Source: Mobula hypostoma (lineage: Eukaryota). Taken from it: DNA of 64,000 nt. The notes under the pieces were generated by a model. The model made no database searches, was not told the DNA's origin, and was given only the letters and a program-made list of their open reading frames with translations. Below, piece by piece: positions 39,401 through 52,319 of the stretch; the first letter of the stretch is position 1, and each line of letters begins with the position of its first letter. The DNA lies in assembly GCF_963921235.1 (NCBI RefSeq), contig NC_086109.1:22322001-22386000 (forward strand), given 5' to 3'. The translations under genes were made by a program, and so were the position numbers.

Positions 39401-39485
39401 AATTAAGATACCGCACTGAGGTCAGCTTCTGTTCTTCCATGAGCCACATTTGTATATTACTGAGTAATCTACGTTAGATTAGTTA

Positions 39486-40319
39486 CGACACCGAGTCATG
39501 TCATCTGCAGAAATTCTCTGATGACTCAGCAATAGTTAGGTGCATAAAGGGAGGATGGAAGGATGAATACAGGGCCTTGGTGGAGGACTTCGTCAAGTGG
39601 TGCAAGCTGAATCATTTGCAGCTCAACATCAGTAAGACAAAGGAGATGGTGATGGACTTTAGGAAGACTAAGCCGCCACTTCTCCGTTAATATTGATGGT
39701 GAGGACGTGGATGTGGTGAGGACCTACAAGGTGTACCTGAATGACAGACTTGAGTGGAGCGCCAACACAGAGGCTGTGTGCAAGAAGGGCCAGACCCCCT
39801 CTACTTCTTGAGGAGACCGAGGTCCTTCGGAGTATGCAGACCTCTCTTTCACATGTTCTACCAGTCTGTTGTCGCCAGTACAATCTTCCATGTGGTGATG
39901 TGCTGGGGCAATGACATCAACATGGGTGATGCCAATAGGCTCAATAAGATTAGAAAGGCTGGTTCTGTTATAGGAGTCAAATGGACACACTGGAGGCTGT
40001 GGCAGAACATGTGGAGAATCCTGGCAATTCTGGACATTTCTCACCCTCTACATGCCACCTTGGCTGAACAGAGGAGCACTTTTAGAAATAGATATAACAA
40101 CTGCACTGCTCCAAAGAACACTGAACAAGGTCATTCTTATCCTTGGCATTACGCTCTTAATGAGCCAACCTACAGCCAGGGAAGTGATGACCACCTTCCT
40201 GTTAGACTGTTCGAGGTAACTTTATTTTTTTTCTTATCTCTCTAATATTTGTATATCTGTGCAATTGTAATGCTACTGCGACACTGTAATTTCCTTTGGA
40301 ATCAATAAAGCATCTATCT
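39486..40319 (+). mobile_element. Rex1/Babar LINE 3' part
   Basis: HLQKFSDDSAIV (RT catalytic-motif equivalent), NHLQLNISKTKEMVMDFRK, LYFLRRPRSFGV; tail AATAAAGCATCTATCT. Confidence 0.88.
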
Positions 40320-40974
40320 TATATGATGTTGATTGCAAAGCTTTATATGGGACTCTGCTTTGTACTTAAGTAACAGAACATCTTGGCTCCTTTTTAGAGA
40401 ACTGATGGATATACACTCTTAACAGACACCCTGAACATAAATTAGCAGAAGAGATGCAGGCAGGGTTTTAGGCAATCTCTTGTAAAGGGCAGAAAGTCAA
40501 CATGTCTAGTACACAAGATAAACCAACAGTTTCCAACTATCCATCTCCTCCCTTCAGTTTTTCAGGTGTTTGACGTTTTCTGTAACGACTGAACTCCATT
40601 AATACTCTGTATTGAAAATTAAATTCAACTTTAAAAAAAAAATCAATAAATGATCTTGCTAGTTGCTAATCTAGTCTGCTAAATTTTCCTGAAGGCATAG
40701 TGTCCCACACAATCACCAGTTTCCAGAAAGAATTTTAAATATTATACTTCCTCTTCCAAGTCTTCCTCTTGGTATGTTGTTGCCCAATGCTCACAATTGT
40801 GATTGTCAGCCTATTTAGCATTGCCGTATTTCCAGCTTCCGAAGATTGCTAAGTGTGATGAAGAAGCAGAGAAAGCCAGAAGTACAAAGAGGCAAGTTAT
40901 CAAAAAGTTGCAACACACTCCAATAAGATTTAAATGAAGGCTTCTGGTTTCCCTCTGGAGTAATAAAATTCCAG

Positions 40975-41620
40975 TTCAGTTCAAGTTTAATTATCATTCA
41001 ACCATACACAAATACAGCCGAATGAAACAGCGTTCTCCCAGGGCCAAGATGCAAAACAGACGCAGCACATTTAAAATAGCAAACCTACAGTCACGCAAAA
41101 AAAAAAGCTCAAGTTCCTGAGTGACATATCTTGCAAATTGGTGGTGCAGTTCCAGCATGCAGATGAACAGATGCATGCAATCCAGCTTGCACTTCCATTG
41201 AACAAATTCTGGAGCCCAACTCCCAACCGAGCATAGAAGCCATGCTACACTGCTCCTGGCATCTCCTCTCCTAGACTGCAGCAGCAGGCAAGCCCACAGC
41301 TTGAGGCCTAGTCCTCGCTACAAATGAGGCCGCACAGCTCCCCTGCTGTCTACAGCACTAACAAACAAGGGAAACAAGACTGCAGCATCTTACTTTATTA
41401 ATATCCAACAGTGTCTTTTGATTGCGAGAGAAATATCCAAGACAGACACCCATTGTTATACTGCACACTGCTTTTGTGCACTAACTCAAATGTCTTCAAT
41501 GCCTTCCTGTAGCAGGCAGCAACATGGTCCACACCAAGTCAAGCTCTTCCGCCAACAAGCAGCTTGCTAATGATGTAGACCTGCAGTACCCAAAGTTCTT
41601 AAAGTCAGCAAGTGCACCAC
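40975..41620 (-). repeat. Non-coding interspersed repeat with a Rex1-like tail (copy 2)
   Basis: Plus strand starts TTCAAGTTTAATTATCATTC; contains GCAGCAGGCAAGCCCACAGCTTGAGGCCTAGTCCTCGCTACAA, the reverse complement of copy 1. Confidence 0.7.
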
Positions 41621-43377
41621 CATCTTATCAGAAATTTAAAAATGTGCTGCAGAAGCCCTCATGGAATCATGGTTGGACCATGCTTGAAGTATTCTGCACA
41701 GTTCTGTTGCAAGATTATGAAAAGGATATAGGATAGGACTGAGGAGTCCTGTAATTGATGTCATAAAATCTTGATAACATGGACACGGTGAATGCTCCTG
41801 TTCACAGTAAAGCAGGAGAAAAGACTGCCCATGCATGATGATCATTAAGAAATCAAGTGGAGATAAAGAATTTAAAAACATGTTTGCCTAGAGAGTGGTA
41901 AAAATGTGGAATTTGCTACCACAAGGAGTAACTGAGCACAACAAATAAAAATGTTAAAAGCATACAGAGGAGGAATAGATGGGATTGCAGATAAAGGCTC
42001 GAAGAGTAAGGCAGAAAGTAGCTGGAGTGGAGTATGAAATGCTTGGGATGAATTCTGTGCATTTGTTTAGTATCCAGTTAACACTTTACTACTCAAAAGC
42101 TGCAAGGATAAGAACAGTATTTGGGATTATAACATTAACAGACCTTAGTGACCTTATCTTAGGGAATCTAAGGATAAGCAGTTACTGCAGGAAGACGGCA
42201 CTGAGTTAAAAGACTCAGCTGTTATTTTACTGAACGATGGTGCAACATGAAGGGCCGCAGAGCCTATTTGTACTACTTGCTTCATACATTGTGTTCTAAC
42301 TTGATGTAAGAGGATAAAACATCCAATGAATGTATACATTCCCCTGCACACACTTTGAAACCACAGAATGATATAACAAAATCCGCAGATTGGCTTAAAC
42401 AAAAAGCACCAAATTCAGCAAGAATGCATTAATAAAGTTTAGACAGGTTGAGATGCTATTCCTCTCGAGATGCCTTTGTGAGTAACAAAATATAGTCATG
42501 TCATATGATTTTAGCAAAACTAAGAGAAACTTGCATCAAGAACTGGAGCAAATCTTGGTTTTCCAGTTGGGCTTCCATAATTCCAATATATTTTTTTATT
42601 TTTAGATGGGCACTTTTGGGAAGTAGTTTAAATAATAGGTGAGAGTAATCCGTTAAAACGTAGTTGGCAACATCCTTCACTCTGAATGGAAATTTGTCAG
42701 TCTGCCAGTTTATGCCTGGCAAGAGTTTAGCTTGAGGTGGCAGACGTGTCAAAGCTCAAATTAAATTTATCAAAGTACATTTATGCCACCATATACCACC
42801 CTAAGATTCAATTTCTTGAGGGCATTCAGAGCACATACAATGAAGCACAATAGACAAACAATGTATAAAAGACAAGTTATGTAAATACAAAAAGAAAAAA
42901 TAATAATAAATATTAAGAACATGAGTTAAGGACTCACTTTCAAAGTCTCTATAAATTGTGGAATTAGCTCAGAGTTGAGGCAAATTAAGTTATGCACTCT
43001 GGTTCAGAAGCCTGATGGTTATGGGGTAATAATTGTCTTCGAACCTAAGGCATCACCATTACCATTTTGTCTGACAGTCAATGCTACTTAAGTGGTGGAA
43101 GTTTCCATCTGTACAGGAAACAACATCCAAAACAGTACAATTTGTATCCCTACATATACCATTTAGAGACAAGTCAATTAAATATGGAGGTGCTTTGAAA
43201 GGGTGGTGTAAAATTTATAGCAGACACAACAGATTATTTTTAATTTGTTAAGGATTTTCTTTACAATTGTTTTAACAGAACCTTTTGCTGGGCATTAGTT
43301 CTACAGTCTTCTTATTTTGCATTTTACTTTTCAAAATTTGATTAAAAGCAGAAAGACCATAAAGCACTAAACCTTAC

Positions 43378-44048
43378 CTGAGACCGAAAGTTTGAGATGG
43401 TTGTTGTTTCTATGTCCTTCTTCCCAAGAATTTCCATTTTTACTGGAGTGTTGGGGAAGTTGAAAGCAAAGTAATCCAGAAAGTCTGGCAGGTAGGCTGC
43501 TGCTCCATGTATGATGGCCATTACGTAGTGCGCTGCGCTCTTCTCATTTTCACTGAAAGTCAATGCAAGGAACTCTTCAGCAAACCTCTCCATCTCCATA
43601 GGAGACAAGAAAGAGAGTTCATCCATGTAGGCATGGAGTACTGGCGCACCACCATTTGGCTGATGCTCCACATGAATTAAGTGGGCAAATTTAGAGGAAC
43701 CTGTCCGCAAGAATCCTTTCCGGACACAGTAGTCTCTATGTGATAAGTATGGCAACTGTGCACATGAGGGGATGGGACAATGGCTCACTTTCAGGTCCAA
43801 CCTATTGAGCTCTTCCTCATGCTTAATCGAAGCTTGGTTGATTATACTCGATTCATCAGAAGAACCTTGACCCAAAGTATCAAGGGCAACACGAGTGAGC
43901 CCTGCGCAGGTTGTCTGCACCTCTTTATTGTACATTTTTAACTGCCTTGGTCGTTCACCTTCTCTATGTTTCTTTTTCTTCTTTTTCTTTGTTTTTTTGC
44001 CCAAGTATTCATCAGGTCTCCGACTTTTCCCGTTTTCATCAGAGCCAC
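43378..44048 (-). CDS. RSBN1: RSBN1 coding exon 2
   Basis: Acceptor ...TTATTCCCCCTCACAG|GT GGC TCT GAT GAA AAC GGG; donor CAG|GTAAGG. 671 nt (2 nt + 223 codons) encodes KKKKKKKHRE..LKMYNKEVQT..HAYMDELSFLSPMEMERFAEEFLALTFSENEK..YLPDFLDYFAFNFPNTPVKMEILGKKDIETTTISNFRSQ. This closely matches RSBN1 rather than the paralog RSBN1L, by recollection. Confidence 0.96.
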
Positions 44049-45335
44049 CTGTGAGGGGGAATAAATGTTAATACTGCATCAAATACATATAGTTCAATAA
44101 TTGAAAATATTCTAACCCATTAAAGCATGACAGGAAAATTTATCCTGCCATCCTTTCACACAGAACATTAGTATCGTTCTCTTTCATATAGGTGGCCTTA
44201 CTAAATGAATTGAGGCAAATACTTCCTGATATCACAACAACTGTACATGGACACAAAGGTCCAAATGGGCTCCTCCACTGCCAGAAATTTCTGTGAAAAA
44301 TGTATTGCTGTTAAGCACTTTGGAATGTTTTCAGATCAAACTAATTATATAAATCCAAGCTCTTTATTGCTATAAATTTTGAATTGTCATTAAAATAGTT
44401 GACTGCCTCCCCTTCTCCATTTGACTATTTAATAACATTGCAAAACTTTAGTTTTATATATTCCTCAGACCAATTTTCCTAGCACAAGCTGAGTTTTTTT
44501 AAAGTTAGCTAATGCTTATTACTTAGATTTGCCTTATTTTAAACTTTGCTGTACAATGTGACAGGATAAAAGACTGGTTGACTGGCAAGAAGGGAATAAA
44601 GAGGATCATTTCTGGTTGGTTACCAGTGGCTAGAGGTGCTCGTCAAGATTGTTTCATTTCATGTTATATGTCAATGATTTGGATAACGGAATTAATGGCT
44701 TTATGGCCAAGTTTGTGGATGATACAAAGATAGATGAAGGGGCAGGTAGCAGCGAGGAAGCAGGAAATCTGCAGAAGGATTGAGAGAGATTAGGAATATG
44801 GGCAAAGAACTTGACAGATGAAATACAGTGTAGGGAAATTTATGGTCATGTACTTTAGTGAAGGAATAAAGGCATTGACTATTTTCTAAATGGTGAGCAA
44901 ATTCAGAAATCAGAAGTACAAAGGGACTTGGAAGTCCTCATACAGGATTCCTTAAAGGTTACCTTCAGGCTGAGTTGGTATAACAAAAGCATTCATTTCA
45001 AAACGACTACAATATAAAAGCAAAGATATAATACTGAGGCTATATAAGGCATTGGTCAGACCGCAAAGAGATCAAATCACAAAGAGAAAATCTGCAGATG
45101 CTGAAAACCCAAGCAACACACACAAAATGCTGGAGGAATGCAGCAGGCCAGGCGGCATCTATTGAAAAAAGTACAGTCGATGTTTTGGGTTGAAATCCTT
45201 TGGCAGGACTGGAGAAAAGAAAAGCTGAGCAGTAGATTCAAAAGGTGGGGAAGAGGGGAGAGAACCACCAGGTGATAGGTGAAACCACCCCCTCCTGCTC
45301 TCTCCCCTCCCCCTACCTTTTAATTCTACTCCTTA

Positions 45336-47019
45336 CAACACACATCAAAGTTGCAGGTGAACGCAGCAGGTCAGGCAGCATCTCTAGGAAGAGGTGCAGT
45401 CGATGTTTCAGGCTGGGGCCCTTCGTCAGGACTAACTGAAGGAAGAGCTAGTAAGAGGTTTGAAAGTGGGCGGGGGAGGGGGAGATCCAAAATGATAGGA
45501 GAAGACAGGAGGAGGAGGGATGGAGCCAAGAGCTGGACAGGTGATAGGCAAAAGGGATATGAGAGGATCATGGGACAGGAGGCCCAGGGAGAAGGAAACA
45601 GCAGGGGGGGGAACCCAGAGGATGGGCAAGGGGCATAGTCAGAGGGACAGAGGGAGAAAAAGGAGAGTGAGAGAAAGAATGTGTGTATATAAATAATGGA
45701 TGGGGTACAAGGGGGAGGTGGGGCATTAGCGGAAGTTAGAGAAGTCAATGTTCATGCCATCAGGTTGGAGGCCACCCAGACGGAATATAAGGTGTTGTTC
45801 CTCCAACCTGAGTGTGGTTTCATCTTTACAGTAGAGGAGGCCGTGGATAGACATGTCAGAATGGGAATGGGATGTGGAATTAAAATGTGTGGCCACTGGG
45901 AGATCCTGCTTTCTCTGGCGGACAGAGCGTAGGTGTTCAGCAAAACGATCTCCCAGTCTGCGTCAGGTCTCGCCAATATATAGAAGGCTACATTGGGAGC
46001 ACCGGGCACAGTATATCACCCTAGCCGACTCACAGGTGAAGTGTCGCCTCACCTGGAAGGACTGTCTGGGGCCCTGAATGGTGGTAAGGGAGGAAGTGCA
46101 AGGGCATGTGTAGCACTTGAGCTGCTTACAAGGATAAGTGCCAGGAGGGAGATCAGTGGGGAGGGAATGGGGGGGACGAATGGACAAGGGAGTCGCGTAG
46201 GGAACGATCCCTGCGGAAAGCGGGGGGGGGGGAGGGATAGATGTGCTTAGTGGTGGGATCCCGTTGGAGGTGGCAGAAGTTACGGAGAATAACATGTTGG
46301 ACCCGGAGGCTGGTGGGGTGGTGGGTGAGGACCAGGGGAACCCTATTCCTAGTGGGGTGGCGGGAGGATGGAGTGAGAGCAGATGTACGTGAAATAGGGG
46401 AGATGCGTTTGAGAGCAGAGTTGATGGTGGAGGAAGGGAAGCCCCTTTCTTTAAAAAAGGAGGACATCTCCCTCGTCCTGGAATGAAAAGCCTCATCCTG
46501 AGAGCAGATGCGGTGGAGACGGAGGAATTGCGAGAAGGGGATGGCATTTTTGCAAGACAGGGTGAGAAGTGGCATAGTCCAGATAGCTGTGAGAGTCAGT
46601 AGGCTTATAGTAGACATCAGTAGATAAGCTGTCTCCAGAGACAGAGACAGAACGATCTAGAAAGGGGAGGGAGGTGTCAGAAATGGACCAGGTAAACTTG
46701 AGAGCAGGGTGAAAGTTGGAGGAAAGTTAATAAAGTCAATGAGCTCAGCATGCGTGCAGGAAGCAGCGCCAATGCAGTCGTCAATGTAGCGAAGGAAAAG
46801 TGGGGGACAGATATCAGAATAGATTCGGAACATAGATTGTTCCACAAAGCCAACAAAAAGGCAGGCATAGCTCGGACCCATGCGGGTGCCCAAAGCTACA
46901 CCTTTAGTTTGAAGGAAGTGGGAGGAGGTGGGAGGAGCCAAAGGAGAAATTATTAAGAGTAAGGACTAATTCCGGTAGATGGAGCAGAGTGGTGGTACAG
47001 GGGAACTGATTAGGTCTGG
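45336..47019 (-). mobile_element. Penelope-like retroelement (RT + Cys linker + GIY-YIG endonuclease + 3' terminal repeat), 5'-truncated, frameshifted
   Basis: FLQTKGVALGTRMGPSYACLF..FLRYIDDC; AIPFSQFLRLHRICS; CKQLKCYTC..VIYCARCSQCSLLYIGET. 14-bp TSD AATTCTACTCCTTA at 45322-45335 and 47020-47033. Confidence 0.95.
45398..45433 (-). ncRNA. Minimal type I hammerhead ribozyme motif (Penelope-associated)
   Basis: Minus strand reads AGUC-CUGACGA-A-GGGC CCCA GCCU-GAAA-C-AUC-GACU: stem I AGUC/GACU, core CUGANGA and GAAA, stem II hairpin, NUH triplet AUC. Confidence 0.7.
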
Positions 47020-50000
47020 AATTCTACTCCTTAGCTTTTTTTCCCTCCAGCCCTGCCAAAGGGATTCTGCTTGAAATGTCAACTGTACTTTTTTTCCATA
47101 GGTGCTGCCTGGCCTGCTGAATTCCTCCAGCATTTTGTGTGCGTTGCTAAGTATTGTGAGCAGTTTTGAGTCTCTTATCTAAGAAAAGATGTGCTGGTTC
47201 ACGAAAATTATTCTGGGAATGAGAGTTAACACGAGAAGCACTTGATGGCTCTGGGTCTGTACTTGCTGGAGCTTAGAAGAATTGAGAGTGGATCTCATTG
47301 AAACCCACTGGATACTGAAAGATCTAGGAGGAGTGGATGTGGAGAAGGCATTTCCTATAGTGGAGGACCAGAGAGCACAACCTCAAAATACAAGAACATG
47401 AGGAGGAATTTGTTTATCCAGAGGGTAGTGAATCTGTGGTACTCATTGCCACAGACGACTGTGGAAGCCAAGTCACTGGGTATATTCAAAGCCGAGGTTA
47501 ATAGGTTCTTGATTAGTAAGGACATCAAAGGTTGCAGGGAGAAGGTGAGAGAATGGTGTTAAGTGATAATAGCTCAGTAATGATAGAATGGATGTGAAGG
47601 GCTGAATGGTGTAATTCTACTCCTGTCTTATTGTTTTAAGTAGTTTCTTAGCAAACACAGTAGAGATTTCAAACATATTTGCTTCTGCATGCACACACCT
47701 GTGTTTTTATTTGAGGGCCCTACTCTAATATTCTTAACAGTTTTATTTAAAGGCTTGGCACTTCAAAAGATCACCTGAAAGAGAATAAAATTCTCTTAAC
47801 TGGACATGATTTGGCTACAATGCTCAAATGAGGTAAAAGAAAAATTTCAGAAAAAAGGTTTCATTATATGACACCAGTAAAAAGAAAATACAAGATACTT
47901 ATAAGTGAAGACGTATATGTCATCTCAGGTTATAATATTGAGATATACTGACAATGTGGGCATAGAGTGCACCACAATCACAAAGGCTGCAGGAATACAG
48001 TACTAATATACTGCAAAGGCACTGTCATCACAGAATCCTGCAGAAAGCCATTAATAGGTCTTTACTAAGCTGATGCTCTCGATGGTTTTTGCAGCAAAAT
48101 GACAAGTGTGTTTTTTTCTTTGAAATAATGAAAAAATGCGGGACATTCTTTCCAGATTACATTTACCAAAAGATAATGGCTTCAAAAGATATCAGCACTT
48201 AGAGATCAAGTCTTGGAGTGCATCCCATTCTTCCCAAGTATTGTGCTTCTGAAAAGAGTAGAGAGTGAGATGTGGATACATTTCAAGGCCTTATATGGAT
48301 TGTGTAACGGATAGTCATCACCAGCACACTGCATTGCTTACATTCATAGTGATTTTGGGACAGAAACTCACTTTCTAAAATAGTACGAAGAAACATGCTT
48401 GACTTGCTGCTCAAGTGATATAGACACTAAAAAATAATCTTGTAAGTAAAGGAAAATAGTTTGAAATAGCAACCATCTTAAAATATCCCAATTAACCTTT
48501 TACATTCAGCATCCCCAGTCCTGAATTAGCTGAATATTATTAACACTTCATTCTTTAGAAGGTCTCTGTCTGGAAGAGTGGTATTACTAAATGGTAGTCT
48601 TGTGCAGGGTATAATTAAGCACAAACTGATATAATAAATACCAATTCTGGCTACTCAAAAGGTTAAACAAAAACAAGTGTTTATTACTGAAAGGCTGGCA
48701 GAATGATATGGTGTAGGGCAGCAGGACGTAGCTAACTTCCTCAGACAACAAGGTGGGAGGGAAGAGGCATGTGCTAAGTGAAGAAAAAATTGGCAACAAA
48801 CGTTCTTGTACATCAAAGATATCTCTTGGCAATGTAATAACAAAGCAGTACTACAGTTGAAAGGAAGTCAGTTATAACCAGATCTGAATATAGTTTTCAT
48901 GATTCATTGCCTTGCCAAATTCCACTATAAACCTGTAACATTTTTGTTCCCACATTTTGCTGCGATAATGTAGCTATGTCAATTACCTCTTCAGAATCAG
49001 CTCAGAATAGTGGTAATTGAAGTTATCCATGCTGGTTCAAGAATCTCTTTATAGGTGGAGATACACACGAGAAACCAGTCTGACATACAAGTCTCTGTCC
49101 TCAAAACTGGCTCCAATTTATACTAGCCTCAAAGCTGAAAACTGATCTTGTCACACTTGGTGCTGCGCGGTGCACAGATGTTAGGAAATGAAAAGTACTA
49201 TGCTGCTGCTTTTGGAGCTAAACTAAAGGGTACATGATTGACATAGTTATATTGTCATGCATGGCTACATGCAGCAACAAACCCAATACATGGATATTGC
49301 CAGATTTGGCTGGATCAAGTATACAATGACCATGATATTATGATCTGGTTAACAGGATCAACTGATCTCTTTCAATTTTAGTTCCACCTTGTTATTCAGC
49401 AAGGCTTACCATCAATCATGGAGGTATTTAAATTCCCACTCTGATCAAACAAAAAGTATCATTCTAAAAATTGCTTCATTAAAATGCAGATCGTGGGAAA
49501 TTTCTTCAATATGGGATAGCTGCTGAAAGCATTCACAACCATATTTCAGCTAACAAAGAAAAACTCCCAGACATCCCACCTTTGATCAATTAATAACTAT
49601 TTTTTTCTTGTTAATTCCAAAACGAAAAATAGTCATATAAAGTTAAGACTTGACTAAAGCACTGTGGGTCTAGTGAGTTGCAGGGCAGCTTATCCCAAAT
49701 TCGTCTTGATTTTGAAACCAGTTGACTGCAATGCTCAACAGAGATCAAAGCCAAATATTTGCCATTCAAATCTGAAAAAGTGGGCTCCCTCGTCAAGCTC
49801 TACAAGAATCCTTAATTTGGAAATTCTAAATACAAGGCAAACAATCGACACATTTATTTCCTGCTACATGTAGTAATGAATGTTTCTGGAGCTTTTAATT
49901 TTGGCTAGCTATTCCATGGGCCATGACATTAGAACCTTGACAACAATCACAATTTGAACCTAAAGAAATGTTGATTCCCCACATGCATAGAAGATACTAA

Positions 50001-52319
50001 CCAATATCATCCGAAACAGAAGTTCTTCAAACCTTGATCTCTGGACTTCATTTCCAGCCTCAAATACATCCAACTCTCATCATTCTACATAGTGACCATT
50101 TTTTTCAAATATGCAGCCCTTAAGATTTAGAATTCCTTTCTTAAACATTTCCATTTTTCCCCACCTGAGAGTAATCATCAAACCATAGAACAATGCAGCA
50201 CGATACAGGTCCTTCAGGACAACAAGTCCACGCTGGGTACAATGGCCACCCACCTTGTCCTAATTAGCTGTGCCAAACCCTTATTCCAAACACACAATCA
50301 AAAGAGGTGGCAGAGGGTTGCACACTCAGCCAGCTCCATCACGGGCATAGCCCCATCAAGGACATCTTCAACACGTAGTGCCTCAAGAAGACAACATCCT
50401 CATTAAAGACCCTCACTATCTGGGACATGTGCTCTCTTCTTTACCACCATTGAGAAGGTACAGGAACCTGAAGATTGTACCTTATATATTTTTAAGATAT
50501 CTTGTACCATACTGCTACCACAAAACAAATTTCATGACATATGTCAGTGTTTCTGATAAGCCCGATCCCTCCATGTACCTATCCAACTGTTTCTTCATTG
50601 ATATTATTACACCTACCTCAATTACATCGTGTGACAGCTCACTCTATATACTCAACACAGTTGGGGTGGAAAGGTTGCCTCTCAGGTCCATTTTAAATCT
50701 TGCCCTCTAACTCGAAACCTGTAGCCAATAATTTTGGACTCCCCTACCACTTACCTTAAACCTGATTTTGATAGTCATACAAAGCTAGTTCTCTGTCCAG
50801 AGATTTAGCTACTAATTCCAATAGATTCTGACATGTCTCACTTGGTTGAACACCACATCAAGGTATAAGACTGGTTGTAACTGGCATTCTAGAGATACAA
50901 GCCTAAAAATGCAATTTAAAAAAGAGCTCATATTGCCACAAAAGTGAAATCTGCAAAGATCCAAGTAATGTTCAAGCCACAGTCTAATCTTGTACGAACA
51001 GAAAAAAACCCGCACATTATCTCAGGATTGTGCATGATGCTCAAAGTTTCCCCAGTATCATACCAATACTTACCACTCATCTGACTTCATAAAAAGAAAC
51101 ACAACATAAATAACTGTCATATTGCAGGGCTTGATACATTTCTCACAATATAGAACTATATTGTTGAATGATTTCATTGACTAAAATGCTTTTGTACATC
51201 TTCAGGTCATAAAAGACACTAGATCAACATACATTACTGACACTGTAGCCCTCAAGTTCAAAGCAGAACTTATTCTATGGGTCAAGAAACTACCTTGGCT
51301 ATAGCAAGTTGAGTTGAATGTACAACACTGTTTGGGTTTATTTTTCATTCCGTTACCAAGGTACCAAGTGCGGTAGACTTTGACCAGATAACCAGCATAG
51401 ACAAGAATGCTGCACTGTTAGTCAGATCATTACCAGGAAGTAACTGGCACCAACTTTAAACAGTACTTTACACTTTGAAGTCCAATTAAAACACGGCTTG
51501 ATGGAAACATGGGAAGGGCAAGTTTTGACTTGGAAAAAGCAAAACAATTCCAGTGAGATTCGCACAGCAATGGTAATAGCAAGAACATGTGATTTTTTAA
51601 AAAATTGTTTATCTGGCATAAATGTATACAGATTCAGTGATAATCCACTAACAGCACTGCAGAACAACTGAAAGCTATTCATAAATTAGCCAGCCAAGGT
51701 GGTGCAAAATGCCTGGAGTTGTCAGTACAGGAAGAGTTCGCCCTTAGCGCACATTAGTCAACTCTTTTCCTCATCAACACCTGACTATGGAATTGCTTTA
51801 ATATATAAATAACACTTCATTTGTGTTATGAGAACTAGAGAACATTCAATGTTGACTTAGTTTTTGCTATTTTAAGTCACTTTCAATTTGTTTTGGATCT
51901 TTACATATTACTAAACAGGTAACATACAAATCTGATTTTTTGAGATCAACAGCATGTAAAATAGTGTCAGCATTACAGATTTTGCCATTACCTCTTTACT
52001 GAGCAGTAAAAGGACCATTAACATACAACACATCCCAACTCCAGCACTTGCATAGGGACAAGGTGCACGTAACAATTCATAAAATAAAAATCACATAGTT
52101 ACACAAAGACTGCTCAACCTCCTCTCTTTCAAGGACATATTTGATATTAGACAAGGAAGCCTGGCATGGTAAATTGCTCCACTTTTTACTTTTCTCACAA
52201 TTGCTTCCACCCAGTAACACATGCAGGGATTTAAAAATATAGGTCCCCCCCCCCACCCCCAGGCCCATCTGCAATCAAACTAAAACAACCAGAATACATG
52301 GACATCATTAAAAGAGGAA

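Larger units (their letters stand above)
45066..47148. mobile_element. Palindromic non-autonomous Penelope derivative (arms ~45077-45290 and ~45290-45335 + 47034-47148)
   Basis: AGCAACACACACAAAATGCTGGAGGAATGCAGCAGGCCAGGCGGCATCTATTG is the reverse complement of CATAGGTGCTGCCTGGCCTGCTGAATTCCTCCAGCATTTTGTGTGCGTTGCT, with few mismatches. Confidence 0.8.
44555..47635 (+). mobile_element. CR1 LINE RT/3' end split by Penelope elements
   Basis: YVNDLD..AKFVDDTK on the left; ...ALVRP ends at ~45065 and YCEQF resumes at ~47150. Confidence 0.85.

Noticed and set aside
43342..44004. 220-aa ORF as a standalone single-exon gene
   Set aside because: It starts at TTG and reads past a clear donor; it is exon 2 of RSBN1 (44048-43378).
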